Shown one piece after another: positions 18,369-28,607 of a stretch of DNA of 64,000 nt; within the stretch, counting starts at the first letter, position 1, and each line of letters starts with the position of its first letter. The notes under the pieces are model-generated. The model made no database searches. It was not told the origin of the DNA and saw nothing but the letters and a program-made list of their open reading frames with translations. Position numbers and translations under genes: made by a program. The DNA lies in contig CBDBEO010000006.1 of the NCBI GenBank assembly GCA_965204455.1, positions 12,980-76,979 on the forward strand, given 5' to 3'. Source of the stretch: an uncultured Candidatus Binatia bacterium. Lineage in GTDB: Bacteria > Desulfobacterota > Binatia > Bin18.

Positions 18369-20985
18369 CGTCCTGTTCCACCCCGCTGGCGACAATGTCG
18401 GCCAGCGCCGGCCAATCCGCCCCCCTCAGCACAATCAGGTCGTCGCCGTCCCCAAAGTCGGTGATGATCTTCTCGCCCGTCTCCCCGGCGACAAACACGA
18501 AACGGTCAGCCCCCGGCCCGCCGGTGTAGGTGTCGTCCCCATCACCGCCCAGGAGTCTGTCGGCCCCCCGGCCACCGTCCAACTCGTCATCGCCCTGGCC
18601 GCCAAAAAGCGTGTCGGCGCCGCGCCCGCCGCGCAGGTCATCGTCGCCCTTGCCGCCGCGCAACTCATCCTTGCCGGCCAGGCCGCGCAGCACGTCGTTA
18701 CCCTTCTTGCCGATGAGTAGGTCGTTGCCGTCGCCGCCTTCGAGTGTATCAGGGCCGGTGGTGCCGGTCAGTTCCAGGGCCTGGGCTTTCCCCTTCTGCT
18801 CTTCCGGCGCGCCGCCCGCGTCGCCGTTGTTGGCATCGCCGCCGGACCCGGTCTGCGGGGTGTCGTCGTCCGTCACGGCTACGGCCACGGAGCCGACCGT
18901 GAGGCCGTCGTACTTGGCATCATCGCTGGCGGCCCAGTGGGTGACGCGGACGGACTCGTCCTCGGCGTCGTCGTCAGACACGCCGGACACGGTGAAGCTC
19001 CGGGCCGTGTACCAGTTGGCCGGCGTGAAGGTATGCGACGCCGGGCTGACCGTCGCCGCGCCGTCGTCGTCGCTGGCCGGGATGATGGTCACGTTGTGGG
19101 TGGGCTGGCTGTCCAGCACTACGGTGTAGGTGTTGCTGCCGCCCTCGGCCACCGCCAGGGGGTTGGCAGCCGTCACCGTCACCCCGGCGCTGTCGTTGTC
19201 GGTGATGGTGACGGTAGCGGGGCCACCAACCACTTGGTAGCCGGTGTCAGGGGCGACGGTGAGGGTCACGGTGAAGTCCTCGTCGCCCTCGGCCACGGCG
19301 TCATCGTGGATCAGGAAGACGCCCTCCACCGACGTCTCGCCGGCCGGGATACTGTAGGGGTCGTCGGAGAGCGTAATGTAATCGTCGCCCTCATCGGCAA
19401 AGAGATATCCGCCGGTGGCCGTGCCGTCCGTAGCCGCCAGGCGGAAGGCGACCACCGCCGTTGTGGGGCCGGTGCGCCGCACTTCAATGAGTACGTGGTC
19501 GGTGTCCTCGGTGGCGGTGAGGGACGTTTGGGCGAAGCTCAGCGACCCGACGTTGGCTGTGTCTTTGCCATTGTCATCGCCGTCGCGTTGGTTGGCCGTG
19601 CGCAGGCTACCGTATTGTAGCACCGGGTATTGGTCGCTGGTGCCAAAGTCCCAAGGGTCGTCCGGGCTGCCGTCGCCGTCCACGTCCACGTTCCAGTCGG
19701 CGTAGATGCCGGTATAGCCGGTGGGCTGCTTCAGGTCGCTGCTTGTCTTGCCGGTGCCGTGAGGGCTGCTGGCCTGACCCGAGGTCTGCGTGTCCCAATA
19801 GCTATCGTCATCGCTGGAAGGACAACTGTAGACACAGTTTGACACCAGCCCGCCGATCTTGAAGTCTCCACTTTCTCTCAGGTACTCGTAATACCCCTCG
19901 TAGGGTTCATCCTTCATGGACACGTTGCCCAAGGAGTAGCTGGTAGTGATAAAGCCGGCTGCATTCCCCGCCAGTCCGCCAACTCCGTTGGTCCCGGTCA
20001 CATCCCCCGTGGCGTAACTGGCGACAATCTGGCCTGTAGTCCCACCGGCATATAGCAGGGTAGCGCTTCCTGGTGCTTGGTTGCCCACCAACCCGCCGAC
20101 ATAACCCTTGCCGGACACATCCCCCGTGGCATAGCTGGCGAAGATGCCGCCAAAATTCCACCCTACCAATCCCCCGGTATGCCCTCCACCGGTCACACTG
20201 GCAGTAGAGTAACTGGCAATGATCGTACCAGTGTTCTCCCCGGCCAGCCCGCCGGTGTCATTTGATCCGGACACCGTTCCGGTCACATAGCTGTCGCTGA
20301 TTGTGCCGTCGTTTGTTCCTACCAGACCCCCAAGGCCCGTCACGCCACGGCCGCTGGGTGACACGTCGACAGATTCCAACCCAAGGTGGCGGATGACGGC
20401 GTCCGTGCCCGCATAACTGAACAACCCGACAAACCCATGACTTATAGTGTCAAATGCAATGATGCTGTGCAGGTTGATGTGCAGGTTGCTGATGGTGTGG
20501 CCGTTGCCGTCGAAAACAGCCTCGAACGGTGGGACGGGTACGGGGCGGCGGATCCCGGCTCCGAACCCGATGGGGGTCCAGCCCAGGCCCGCGTTCCAGT
20601 ACGTATCGCCGGCGTCGGCGTCGCCGCTGCCGTTGGTGTCGAAGTTCAGGTCAGCGGTCAGCTCGTAGCCGTCACATCCCGTGCTGGGGCAGCCCATCCC
20701 GGTCAGCGCGGCGGGAAAGGCGGCGTCATAGTCGTCGGAATGACTCCCGTCGTCAACCAACCCGTCGCCGTCAAGGTCCCACCGGATGGCGTTCAACTGG
20801 GCGAGGCTGGACACCTCGATCAGACCGTCGTCATCGGTGTCATAGTCCTGGTCGTCAACGATACCAACTGGCTGGGCCTGAGCGGGCGCCAGCGGTCCCG
20901 CGATGACAGACAGAGCGAGAAGGACGGTGGCAAAGCGAATGATGACTGGAATGCGACTTAGAATGGCCTGTGGCGGGTAGAGCAT
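18283..20985 (-). CDS. Secreted adhesin-like protein: GLUG repeats, Calx-beta, RTX Ca-binding repeats
   Basis: Signal peptide, DYDTDDDGLIEV, repeated GGLVG, Calx-beta-like EGDEDFTVTL, GGxGxDxL nonapeptides; AGGAGG RBS. Confidence 0.88.
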   Translation of the reverse strand: MLYPPQAILSRIPVIIRFATVLLALSVIAGPLAPAQAQPVGIVDDQDYDTDDDGLIEVSSLAQLNAIRWDLDGDGLVDDGSHSDDYDAAFPAALTGMGCPSTGCDGYELTADLNFDTNGSGDADAGDTYWNAGLGWTPIGFGAGIRRPVPVPPFEAVFDGNGHTISNLHINLHSIIAFDTISHGFVGLFSYAGTDAVIRHLGLESVDVSPSGRGVTGLGGLVGTNDGTISDSYVTGTVSGSNDTGGLAGENTGTIIASYSTASVTGGGHTGGLVGWNFGGIFASYATGDVSGKGYVGGLVGNQAPGSATLLYAGGTTGQIVASYATGDVTGTNGVGGLAGNAAGFITTSYSLGNVSMKDEPYEGYYEYLRESGDFKIGGLVSNCVYSCPSSDDDSYWDTQTSGQASSPHGTGKTSSDLKQPTGYTGIYADWNVDVDGDGSPDDPWDFGTSDQYPVLQYGSLRTANQRDGDDNGKDTANVGSLSFAQTSLTATEDTDHVLIEVRRTGPTTAVVAFRLAATDGTATGGYLFADEGDDYITLSDDPYSIPAGETSVEGVFLIHDDAVAEGDEDFTVTLTVAPDTGYQVVGGPATVTITDNDSAGVTVTAANPLAVAEGGSNTYTVVLDSQPTHNVTIIPASDDDGAATVSPASHTFTPANWYTARSFTVSGVSDDDAEDESVRVTHWAASDDAKYDGLTVGSVAVAVTDDDTPQTGSGGDANNGDAGGAPEEQKGKAQALELTGTTGPDTLEGGDGNDLLIGKKGNDVLRGLAGKDELRGGKGDDDLRGGRGADTLFGGQGDDELDGGRGADRLLGGDGDDTYTGGPGADRFVFVAGETGEKIITDFGDGDDLIVLRGADWPALADIVASGVEQDDGYMVYTLTDGLTVETDTPLWAEDFVVK

Positions 20986-21063
20986 TTTTGAACCTCCTAC
21001 AGTGTTGTCAAGGCGCGAGATATTCACCCCCCCACCGGCACCGGTGGAGCACGGACTAAATCT

Positions 21064-21180
21064 TATTGCACCACGAAATCCTCCGCCTACAGCGGCGTGT
21101 CCGTCTCCACCGTCAAGCCGGCCGCCAGGGTGTAGACCGTATAGCCGGCGTCACCCGCTGCCGTGCTGTCGTCGTTGCAG
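21064..21180 (-). pseudogene. C-terminal remnant of a paralogous RTX protein
   Basis: GYTVYTLAAGLTVETDTPL*AEDFVVQ versus GYMVYTLTDGLTVETDTPLWAEDFVVK in the intact gene. Confidence 0.8.
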
Positions 21181-21297
21181 TAGGGTATCGGCGGAGATTT
21201 TGCGGGCACTCCGCTGGGGGGCGGCAGGGCCGACGCGTCGGAGAATGGCCTGCTGCGTTTCAGGCCGGATGCCAGTGGCCGGGCCACGTTCGTGCCG

Positions 21298-21333
21298 TGA
21301 TGCCATGTATAAATGCAGTTATACACACTTTAT
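21298..21333. other. lox-like recombination site 1 (left arm degenerate)
   Basis: TGATGCCATGTATA-AATGCAGT-TATACACACTTTAT. Confidence 0.7.
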
Positions 21334-21344
21334 GTGCCTGAAAA

Positions 21345-22435
21345 TGAACGTGGCGAGGGGACAGAAAGCGCAGGGGACAGCGACGGGCGAATCCGGCCGG
21401 CACGCCGATTTCCGGCTCCGCGCGCCCCGTCCGGTTCCCGGAACCTCGGCTCCTGGCCAGCTCGTCATCACCCCCGTCGGGTCCGCACCACCAACAGCCG
21501 GTCTGACCCCATCCGGCCTCAGCCACCTCAATGCGGTGCTCGACCACGAAATTACCCGAAACACGCAGACGAACTACCGGGTGCAGTGGCAGCACTTCCG
21601 CGACTGGGCGCTGGGAAAGGGCCTCCGGGCGTTGCCGGCCCCACCGGCCCAGGTGGCCGTATACCTGGCCGAGCGGCTGGAGGCGGCTGGCCATAAGCCC
21701 GCCACCTTGCGGGTGGCCGCCGCGGCCATCGCGTTCGTCCACAAGACCGCGGGGGTGGCGGACCCCTGTGCCAGCCCGGCCGTGCAGCGGACGCTGCGGA
21801 GCGCGACCCGCAAGGCGGGGCAGGCCCAGAAGCAGGCCGAGGCGCTGACCACCGAGGCCCTGGCCGCGATCCAGTCTACGGCTTGTACCCCACGGCGCGG
21901 GCGGGGTGGCAGAGACGAGAGTCAGGAAACCGCTAACTATAGGGGAAATCTGGATATGGCGGTCATCCGCCTCATGCGGGACGCTATGCTGCGGGTGTCC
22001 GAGGCGGCTGGCCTGACCTGGCAGGACCTCAGGACCGAGGCCGACGGGACGGGCCGCCTGCTCATCCGCCGTTCTAAAACGGACACTGAGGGGACGGGGA
22101 CGGTAATGTTCGTGTCCGCCGAGACCATGGCGACGCTCCGGGTGATACGCAATGGAGCGAGCGAGACCGACCGGATATTCGGCCTCCGCCCGAACCAACT
22201 CTCGCGGCGCATCAAGCAGGCCGCGCAGGCGGCCGGGCTCGGGGACGGTTTCAGCGGGCATTCGCCCCGGGTGGGGATGGCGCGGGACCTGGCGCGGGCG
22301 GGCATCGAGCTGCCCCGCCTGATGAACGCCGGGCGCTGGCGCTCGCCCGTCATGCCGGCGCACTATACGCGGAATGAAACCGCCGGGAAGGGAGCGGTGG
22401 CGCAGTTCTACGGCTACGGCCGCTGCGGGGGCTGA
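21345..22435 (+). CDS. Cre-like tyrosine recombinase (start approximate)
   Basis: Core-binding domain plus MLRVSE (R), RRSKTD (K), GHSPRVG (HxxR), GRW, HY (Y). Confidence 0.9.
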
Positions 22436-22556
22436 CCGGGCCGGGATGAGGGGAAACCGGCCCGGTGACAGTGATTGACCGCCGCCAGGGGAATTTGGTA
22501 CGTTATTCACCTATCCGGCGGTGATTCACCACCGCACCCAGGAACCGAGGGAGGAC

Positions 22557-22592
22557 TTAAAGCGTGTATAACTGCATTTATACACGCTTTAA
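22557..22592. other. lox-like recombination site 2 (perfect arms)
   Basis: TTAAAGCGTGTATA-ACTGCATT-TATACACGCTTTAA: 14-bp inverted arms and an 8-bp asymmetric spacer. Confidence 0.8.
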
Positions 22593-23716
22593 CTTTGCGG
22601 GCTGAGCCTGATGGCAAACCTGAAGCGTCCTCTTCCCTTGGCTCCTTCCGGCAGCTGGTGACAGACCCCACTTACCCATCTCTCTTCTCCTGATTGACTG
22701 TTACTTTCTGCCTCTTAATCATACCATAGCTTCATAATCTGAAGGCCGAGGTGGAGGGGACAGAGGCGGCCACCAGTTTGTTGCGGGCGGCGTCTTGCGC
22801 GTCGAGCGTGGCGACCCTGCTCGTGAGCTGCCATCACAGGGCAACCCGCCCGCTCAGGTCTACCGGGAACGGGGCCATTGCCGGCGGGAATCCAGCCTGT
22901 CCTGCCTGGGTGTTGACAGCAGCGTGAGTCATGATGCGTCTTGCGACGGGTGAAGGGCAGGGCGGAGATTATGACCGACTCGGGGCTGCTCGCCCCCCTG
23001 GTCGTGGACCGGAAAGCCCCGCTCTCCGGACTGCCGATCAGCGTAGAGGCCGTCTTCCTGCATTGCGATAGGGCGCTGATCCGCTCCCGGATTTGGGAGC
23101 CTGCGGGCCAGATTGAGCATTCCGGCTACCCTACGTATGGCCAAGTCCTCGCTGACCAGATCCCGGGAGCTGATGCCCGAGAGATCGACCAATCCGGGGA
23201 CGAAGCCAACCGGCAACGCCTCTCCTGAGGCGAGCGAGCCCTCCTATATCCCGGCTCCTACAGATGCCTATCCCACGTTGAACGGCGGGCACGGACAACC
23301 TATACGTGAAGCTCTCCGCCGTTGAGGAGCTGTTTCCGCGGCTTCCTGGACGTGCAGGTTAGTAGGCCGTGTAGGGAAACACGAGAGGCCTGAGCGGAGA
23401 GAGTCAATCAGTTTTCCCTTAATTCAGACCACCCACACCACCGCCTAACCAGCCAAGGACCCCCAAACCGCCCACACCACCACCGGTCCCAGCGCCGGCG
23501 TTGTCCCCGTGTATGCCGACATTCAGGGCGGGATAGGCGTTGCTGTTAATAGGAATCTCGGGAGTTTCAGAAGGAATCTCCGGCAGCTCGGCCGAGCCAT
23601 TCCCTGTAGAAAGAGCGCCAGGCCCGGAACACGGACAAGAATCTGGTTCGACATAATCCCCTCTTTCACTGTTTTCCGTCTCATATAAAAGTACAGGCGA
23701 GTTACCATATAAATCC

Positions 23717-23785
23717 TTGACTGACTCTAAATATCCTGCTAAAGCAGTAATTTAACTTAGGACCTACCGTCAGTCCTAAGTAAAC
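23717..23785 (+). promoter_or_regulatory. Putative sigma70 promoter and palindromic operator of the T4SS operon
   Basis: TTGACT-17 bp-TAAAGC with extended TG, then ACTTAGGAC-CTACCGTCA-GTCCTAAGT, matching the 16539 palindrome. Confidence 0.7.
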
Positions 23786-23830
23786 TTGGCCCGGCCTATA
23801 AATGCCGGGAGAAAACTCCAGGAGGTTCAC

Positions 23831-24064
23831 ATGCCTCGATTGCTTTTCTCTGAGGTAGACATCCCTCAATTGCTCCGCCCCGCAGCTCCCTTTCTCCTTC
23901 TCTTCTCCGGTCTTTACCCTCCAGCCCTGTCCCGGGCGCAAGGTGTGGCGGATATGTTCGTGGACTTCCTGACCAGCCCATTCACGCGCGTAGTGGCCAT
24001 CATCGGCCTGGCCATCTGTGGTTTTATGACGATGGTAGACAGGCTCCCCAGGGGAGCCGCCTGA
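23831..24064 (+). CDS. Truncated VirB2-like pilin paralog
   Basis: QGVADMFVDFLT..AIIGLA.CGFM is nearly identical to VirB2; second TM helix missing; AGGAGG RBS. Confidence 0.65.
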   Translation: MPRLLFSEVDIPQLLRPAAPFLLLFSGLYPPALSRAQGVADMFVDFLTSPFTRVVAIIGLAICGFMTMVDRLPRGAA

Positions 24065-24113
24065 CCGGAGCGCCCAAATCCCTTCTTTCTCGGGAGGCAC
24101 ACGGGAGGCACAT

Positions 24114-24851
24114 ATGATTGTTTCTGCTTTCATCGCTCTGGTCCTCGTTCTGCAAGCGCTGTCGGCTCGGTCAGCCCTAGCCGTCTCACTGGCCGAGTGT
24201 GAAGCCTGGTTGTGTCTGCCAGCCGGTTTCTCCGTCTCGGAATGTTCCCCAGCCAGAAGCGCAGTCCTCCGGCGGCTGCGGCTCAACATGGACCCGCTGC
24301 CGCCGTGGTCGAGCTGCGCGGCGCAGTTCGGCTGGGACGCCGCCAACCTGGCCTGGACCTTTCCCACCCAGGAAAGCTGTCCGCATGGGGGCAGCTTGAA
24401 CGGCGGGGTCTGTACCGGCACGGACGGGGATGGCTGCACCTACACCTACACCCCTCGCAATCATGGCCACGTGTGGGTCTGGGTAGACGGCGCCCAAACC
24501 GGCGAATCGCTGCCCCACACCCTGGCCGCCGCCGGGTCTCCCACTATAGACACCGATTCGTGTTCGCCCCCTGACACCACCAACGTTTGTCTTAGCTGCG
24601 CCGACGATCCCGGCGACCCCCACACCTGCCTGGAGGGGTGGTTCTGGAGCGAGGGCCTGGGCAAGTGCGTTAATCCTTTGGTGGTCGGTCCACCTGTCCC
24701 CGGATGTAACACCATCAGCTGTCCCCATGTGCAGCACACCTGGGGAGCGAACCCGCTGGAAATCGACTGGACACTCCGGGCGGCGGTGCCCCCAACTAAT
24801 CGGTACGCCCCCCGGCCTATCTCTCAGACACACCGCAAGGGAGGTCTCTGA
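24114..24851 (+). CDS. Secreted Cys-rich protein with a TrbM/KikA-like N-terminus
   Basis: Signal peptide; CEAWLCLPAGF..SECSPA..LPPWSSC; Cys-rich extension; stop overlaps the virB2 start. Confidence 0.6.
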   Translation: MIVSAFIALVLVLQALSARSALAVSLAECEAWLCLPAGFSVSECSPARSAVLRRLRLNMDPLPPWSSCAAQFGWDAANLAWTFPTQESCPHGGSLNGGVCTGTDGDGCTYTYTPRNHGHVWVWVDGAQTGESLPHTLAAAGSPTIDTDSCSPPDTTNVCLSCADDPGDPHTCLEGWFWSEGLGKCVNPLVVGPPVPGCNTISCPHVQHTWGANPLEIDWTLRAAVPPTNRYAPRPISQTHRKGGL

Positions 24852-25153
24852 TGCACCCACACAGCCGATTCTTCCCAGCGGCCCTCATCCTAACCGCATT
24901 CCTCATGCTGCTCGCCCCAGACCTGGCCTGGGCGCAAGCCCTCGACCCGGTCCAAGGCGTGGCGGATATGTTCGTGGACTTTCTGACCGGCGCCTTTGCC
25001 CGCTCGATGGCGATTATTGGCCTGGCCGTCTGCGGCTTCATGGCGATGATGGGCCGGCTGCCCTGGAGTGCGGCGCTGGCCGTCATCGGCGGCATCATCC
25101 TGGTCTTTGGTGCCGCCGCGCTCGTCGATGAGATCTCGGGCTTCGCGGGGTAG
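24851..25153 (+). CDS. virB2: T4SS pilin VirB2/TrbC
   Basis: Signal peptide, two TM helices, GIILVFGAAALV; sits before virB3. Confidence 0.9.
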   Translation: MHPHSRFFPAALILTAFLMLLAPDLAWAQALDPVQGVADMFVDFLTGAFARSMAIIGLAVCGFMAMMGRLPWSAALAVIGGIILVFGAAALVDEISGFAG

Positions 25154-25159
25154 GGCGGC

Positions 25160-25441
25160 ATGGCGCAACGACACGACACGCTGTTCCTGGCGCTCACCCG
25201 CCCGGCGATGGTCTGGGGCGTCACCTACTCCTTCGTCGTCCTGAACCTCGTCGCCACCGGGATGGTGTTTGTCTGGACCGGTAGCTTCTGGACCATCCTG
25301 CTCGGCGGCCCGGTGCATCTGGTGGGCTATCTCGCCTGCCTGCGGGAGCCGCGCCGCTTCGATCTGTGGTGGGTCAAGCTCCGCCATGCCCTGCCCGCGC
25401 CCACCCGCTTTTACTGGGGCGCGAACTCATACCGGCCCTAG
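25160..25441 (+). CDS. virB3: T4SS VirB3
   Basis: LFLALTRPAMVWGV ... FYWGANSYRP. Confidence 0.93.
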   Translation: MAQRHDTLFLALTRPAMVWGVTYSFVVLNLVATGMVFVWTGSFWTILLGGPVHLVGYLACLREPRRFDLWWVKLRHALPAPTRFYWGANSYRP

Positions 25442-25452
25442 GAGGTTCGCCT

Positions 25453-27858
25453 ATGTCTGCACATGCCCTGGCCCTCTCCCTCACCACCCACGGCAAAGTA
25501 TCCGCCCAAGAGAAAGCGCTGGCGGAGTTTCTGCCGTACACCCGCCATGTCGATCAGGCCACCCTGGCCACCAAAAACGGCGAACTCCTCCAGATCATCA
25601 AGCTGGACGGCTATCCCTTTGAAACCGCGGACGACCTGACCTTGGACGGCCTCAAGGAAGTCCGCAACACCCTGACCATTGCCCTCGCCTCCGCCCGGCA
25701 CATCCTCTACCATCATGTGATCCGGCGCGAAGTCGCGGCGGACATCGGCGGCGATTTTTCAGGTTTCGCCGCCGAAGTAGACCGGGCCTGGAACCGGCGC
25801 CTCACCCGCCGGCGGCTGTACGTCAACGACCTGTATCTGACCCTCCTCCGCCGTCCCGCGCCGGGCCTCGTCGGCCTGGTCGATAAGCTGCTGGGGCTGT
25901 TTACGGCCCGCGATCTGACCCGCCAGGAGCAGGACCGGGCCGACAGCCTGCGGGAGTTGCACGACGCAGCCGATACCATCGTCTCGACCCTGGCCTCGTA
26001 CCGCCCGCGTCTGCTGACCACCTATGAGCAAGATGGCCGGCTGTATTCCGCGCCGTTGGCGTTCCTCAGCTACCTGCTCAACCACGAAACCCGGCCGGTG
26101 CTGCTGCCGGCCGGGCCGATAGACGCCTACCTGCCCACCAAGCGGCCGCTGTTTGCACGGGAGTCGTTCGAGCTGCGCGGCGCCGCGCCGGCGGATCAGA
26201 CGTATGGAGCGGTCTTGTCGGTCAAGGAGTATGCCGCCCACACCTGGGCCGGCCTGCTCGACGACTTGACCCGATTGCCGTTTGAAATGGTGATTACGCA
26301 GAGCTTTGCCTATACCGAACGGCAAAACGCCCTCGACACGCTCGCCCGGCAGGGCCGGGTGTTGGACGCGGCGGCCGATGCGGCCGCCTCCCAGCGCCAA
26401 GACCTGATTGATGCAGCCGACGACCTGGCCTCCAACCGGATCGTCTTCGGCGGCCATCACCTGACCGTCACGCTCACCGCCCCGGATGCACAGCGCCTCG
26501 AACGTGCCTTGACCGAAACCACAGCCACCCTGACCAACCTCGGGGTCATCGCGGTCCGCGAAGACGTGAACCTGGAGCCGGCCTTTTGGGCGCAGTTCCC
26601 CGGCAACCACGCCTTCATTGCCCGCCAGAGCGAGATCTCGTCCTTGAATTGGGCGGGCTATGCCAGCCTGCATAACTTCCCCGCCGGCAAACGCACGGGC
26701 AACCATTGGGGCGACTGCATTGCCCTCCTGGAAACCACGTCCGCCACGCCCTACGCCTTCAACTTTCACAGCCGGGACGTGGGCAACTTCGTGGTGATCG
26801 GGCCGACCGGGACCGGTAAGACGGTGGTCCTGACCTTCCTCCTGGCCCAGGCCCAGCGCCACCAGCCGGTGTCCTACTTCTTCGACCGGGACCGGGGCGC
26901 GGAAATCTGCATCCGCGCACTCGGCGGCTGGTACGGGGTGCTGCGGCCCGGCGAACCCTCGGGGCTCAATCCCCTCCAGCTGCCCGACACGCCGGCGAAC
27001 CGGGCCTTTCTGCGGGACTGGCTCGGAACACTGCTCAGGCCGCTGGACGGCGCGCCCTTATCGGCGATGGATCAGGGCGTCATTGCCGATGCGGTCGCCG
27101 CCAATTATGACGTTCCTCTCGAACAACGTCGTCTGGTCCATGTGCAAGCGCTGTTCCGGGGCCATGAAGCGGATACGGGAGACAACAGCCTGGCGGCCCG
27201 GATCCGGCCGTGGTTTGGGGACGGGGAAAAAGCCTGGCTGTTCGACAACCCGACCGACGCACTGCCCCAGGCCCGCACCCAAGGCTTCGACCTGACCTAT
27301 GTGTTGGACGATCTGACCGTCGGCGTGCCGCTCCTGTTCTATCTCTTTCACTGCATCGAACAGGCGCTCGACGGCCAGAAAGCCCTGATCTTTTTGGACG
27401 AGGGCTGGCGGGCGCTGGATGATCCGGCGTTTGAGGAGCGGCTGCGGGAGTGGCTGAAAACCATCCGCAAGAAAAACGGCCTGGTCGGCTTCGGCACACA
27501 GAGCGCCACGGACGTGCTCCGGACGCGGATTGGGCCGACCATCATCGAACAGTGTCGGACCAAACTCTTCATGCCCAATTTCCAGGCCGACGCGGACAGC
27601 TATTGCCAGGGCTTCGGCCTGACCGAGCACGAACTCCGGCTGCTGCGGGAGGTCGGCGATACGTCGCGCTGCTTCCTGGTCAAGCACGACGCGACAAGCG
27701 TGGTGGCCCGGCTCGATCTCGCCGGGGCGGACGACATTCTGGCCGTGCTCTCGGGCCGAGAAGACACCATCCAGCTCTTAGACACCATCCGCGCCGAGGT
27801 CGGAGACGATCCGGGCGTCTGGCTCCCCGTTTTCCATGCGGAAAGGAGGAAGACGTGA
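25453..27858 (+). CDS. virB4: T4SS ATPase VirB4
   Basis: GPTGTGKT, FDRDRG, FLDEGW, IRKKNG; GGAGG RBS. Confidence 0.97.
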   Translation: MSAHALALSLTTHGKVSAQEKALAEFLPYTRHVDQATLATKNGELLQIIKLDGYPFETADDLTLDGLKEVRNTLTIALASARHILYHHVIRREVAADIGGDFSGFAAEVDRAWNRRLTRRRLYVNDLYLTLLRRPAPGLVGLVDKLLGLFTARDLTRQEQDRADSLRELHDAADTIVSTLASYRPRLLTTYEQDGRLYSAPLAFLSYLLNHETRPVLLPAGPIDAYLPTKRPLFARESFELRGAAPADQTYGAVLSVKEYAAHTWAGLLDDLTRLPFEMVITQSFAYTERQNALDTLARQGRVLDAAADAAASQRQDLIDAADDLASNRIVFGGHHLTVTLTAPDAQRLERALTETTATLTNLGVIAVREDVNLEPAFWAQFPGNHAFIARQSEISSLNWAGYASLHNFPAGKRTGNHWGDCIALLETTSATPYAFNFHSRDVGNFVVIGPTGTGKTVVLTFLLAQAQRHQPVSYFFDRDRGAEICIRALGGWYGVLRPGEPSGLNPLQLPDTPANRAFLRDWLGTLLRPLDGAPLSAMDQGVIADAVAANYDVPLEQRRLVHVQALFRGHEADTGDNSLAARIRPWFGDGEKAWLFDNPTDALPQARTQGFDLTYVLDDLTVGVPLLFYLFHCIEQALDGQKALIFLDEGWRALDDPAFEERLREWLKTIRKKNGLVGFGTQSATDVLRTRIGPTIIEQCRTKLFMPNFQADADSYCQGFGLTEHELRLLREVGDTSRCFLVKHDATSVVARLDLAGADDILAVLSGREDTIQLLDTIRAEVGDDPGVWLPVFHAERRKT

Positions 27859-28607
27859 TGACCGCCTCCACGGGTCTCTCGCATGTCCCAGCCCTGGTGC
27901 TGACGGGCGTGCTCCTGACGGCTGCGCCCCCTCCTGCGGCCGCCCAGGGCATTCCCGTTCACGACTCCACCAATCTCGCCCAGATTGCCGCCACCGTGGC
28001 GGCCCTGCTGGATATCTACGGCCGGCAAAACGAGGAGCTGATCGAAGCGCGCCGCATTATGCAGTCTGTGACGCAGCAATCCGGCCTGGGGCGTATCCAT
28101 GAAACCCCCGAGTTGATCCAGCTGCGCCGGCGCTTACCGGTGCTGCTGTTCGACCTCAACCGCCTGTCCGAACTGGCCGCCAACCCGGACCTGGCCCAAA
28201 CCCTGACCCTGTACGGCCGCCTGACCGACCGCTACGGCCTGCTCGAAGACGCGGCCTATGAACCACAAGCCCCGGACGACCCGTATGCGCGGGCCTGGGC
28301 GGCGGATCGGGACGCCCAGCTGGCGGCCGCCACCAGCGCCGAAGTGGTCTACGGCAACGTCAATGAGCGGGAAGACTTGTACGCCAACCTGATGACCGAG
28401 CTGGACACGCGCGACAACCTCAAGGAGTCGGTCGATATTCTGGCGCGGCTGACGGCCGAAAACGGCCGGCTGCTCATGGAGCTGATTCGGCTCCAGTCGG
28501 CGGCCACGCACGCCGGCGCCGCAGCTCAGCTCGCTCAACAAACCCACGACGCCCGCGTGCGGAGGATGGCAGACTATGAAGACTTGGCGATGGAAGACTG
28601 GCGCTAA
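27858..28607 (+). CDS. virB5: T4SS minor pilin VirB5
   Basis: Signal peptide then AQGIPVHD; helical body; lies between virB4 and virB6. Confidence 0.85.
   Translation: MTASTGLSHVPALVLTGVLLTAAPPPAAAQGIPVHDSTNLAQIAATVAALLDIYGRQNEELIEARRIMQSVTQQSGLGRIHETPELIQLRRRLPVLLFDLNRLSELAANPDLAQTLTLYGRLTDRYGLLEDAAYEPQAPDDPYARAWAADRDAQLAAATSAEVVYGNVNEREDLYANLMTELDTRDNLKESVDILARLTAENGRLLMELIRLQSAATHAGAAAQLAQQTHDARVRRMADYEDLAMEDWR

Noticed and set aside
22700-23560. Short ORFs between the recombinase and the T4SS promoter
   Set aside because: No recognisable motifs or convincing RBS; probably decayed fragments.
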